64,000 nucleotides of DNA from Octopus sinensis. Lineage: Eukaryota. The notes below the pieces were generated by a model. It made no database searches and was not told where the DNA came from. It saw only the letters and a list, made by a program, of their open reading frames with translations. Both the position numbers and the translations under genes were made by a program. This document shows, piece by piece, positions 63,863 to 64,000 of this stretch (its first letter is position 1; the number at the start of each line of letters is the position of its first letter). The stretch lies in NCBI RefSeq assembly GCF_006345805.1, contig NC_043009.1, forward strand, positions 27,528,001-27,592,000, in the 5' to 3' direction.

Positions 63863-64000
63863 ATGATAGGTGGCACTGTTAAGTTAAACAATTATCTAAG
63901 TTATTTATATATATATATATATTCTTTTATTTTTTATTTGTTACAGTCGTTTGACTGTGGCCATGTTGGAGCATCACCTTTTATTCAAATAAATCGACCC

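Overview
AT-rich, microsatellite-saturated animal genomic DNA, most likely a coleoid cephalopod (Octopus-like). That assignment is an inference from the protocadherin and the repeat landscape. The only well-supported gene is a minus-strand protocadherin. One large exon (acceptor at 5144, donor at 2323) encodes a signal peptide, seven cadherin repeats, a transmembrane helix and the start of the cytoplasmic tail; the remaining exons are not securely located. The other ~59 kb is intronic or intergenic. It holds tRNA-headed SINEs of several families, RTE-type LINE 3' ends, an R4/Dong-like 3' fragment, mariner, Tc2/pogo and hAT-type MITEs, a 42-45 bp minisatellite and long simple repeats. The most unusual signals are: (1) a dispersed family of (TA)n-flanked repeats carrying minimal type I hammerhead ribozyme motifs, one with an intact core and covarying stems, all on the minus strand; (2) a foldback element whose apex is a 72-nt tRNA-like cloverleaf, with the acceptor stem continued by ~100-bp inverted arms; (3) a ~318-bp spacer-less palindrome; (4) reciprocal swapping of SINE front and tail modules. 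No rRNA, intact tRNA gene or CRISPR array was seen. Repeat boundaries are approximate (about +/-10 bp), and repeat family names come from motif recognition, not database searches.
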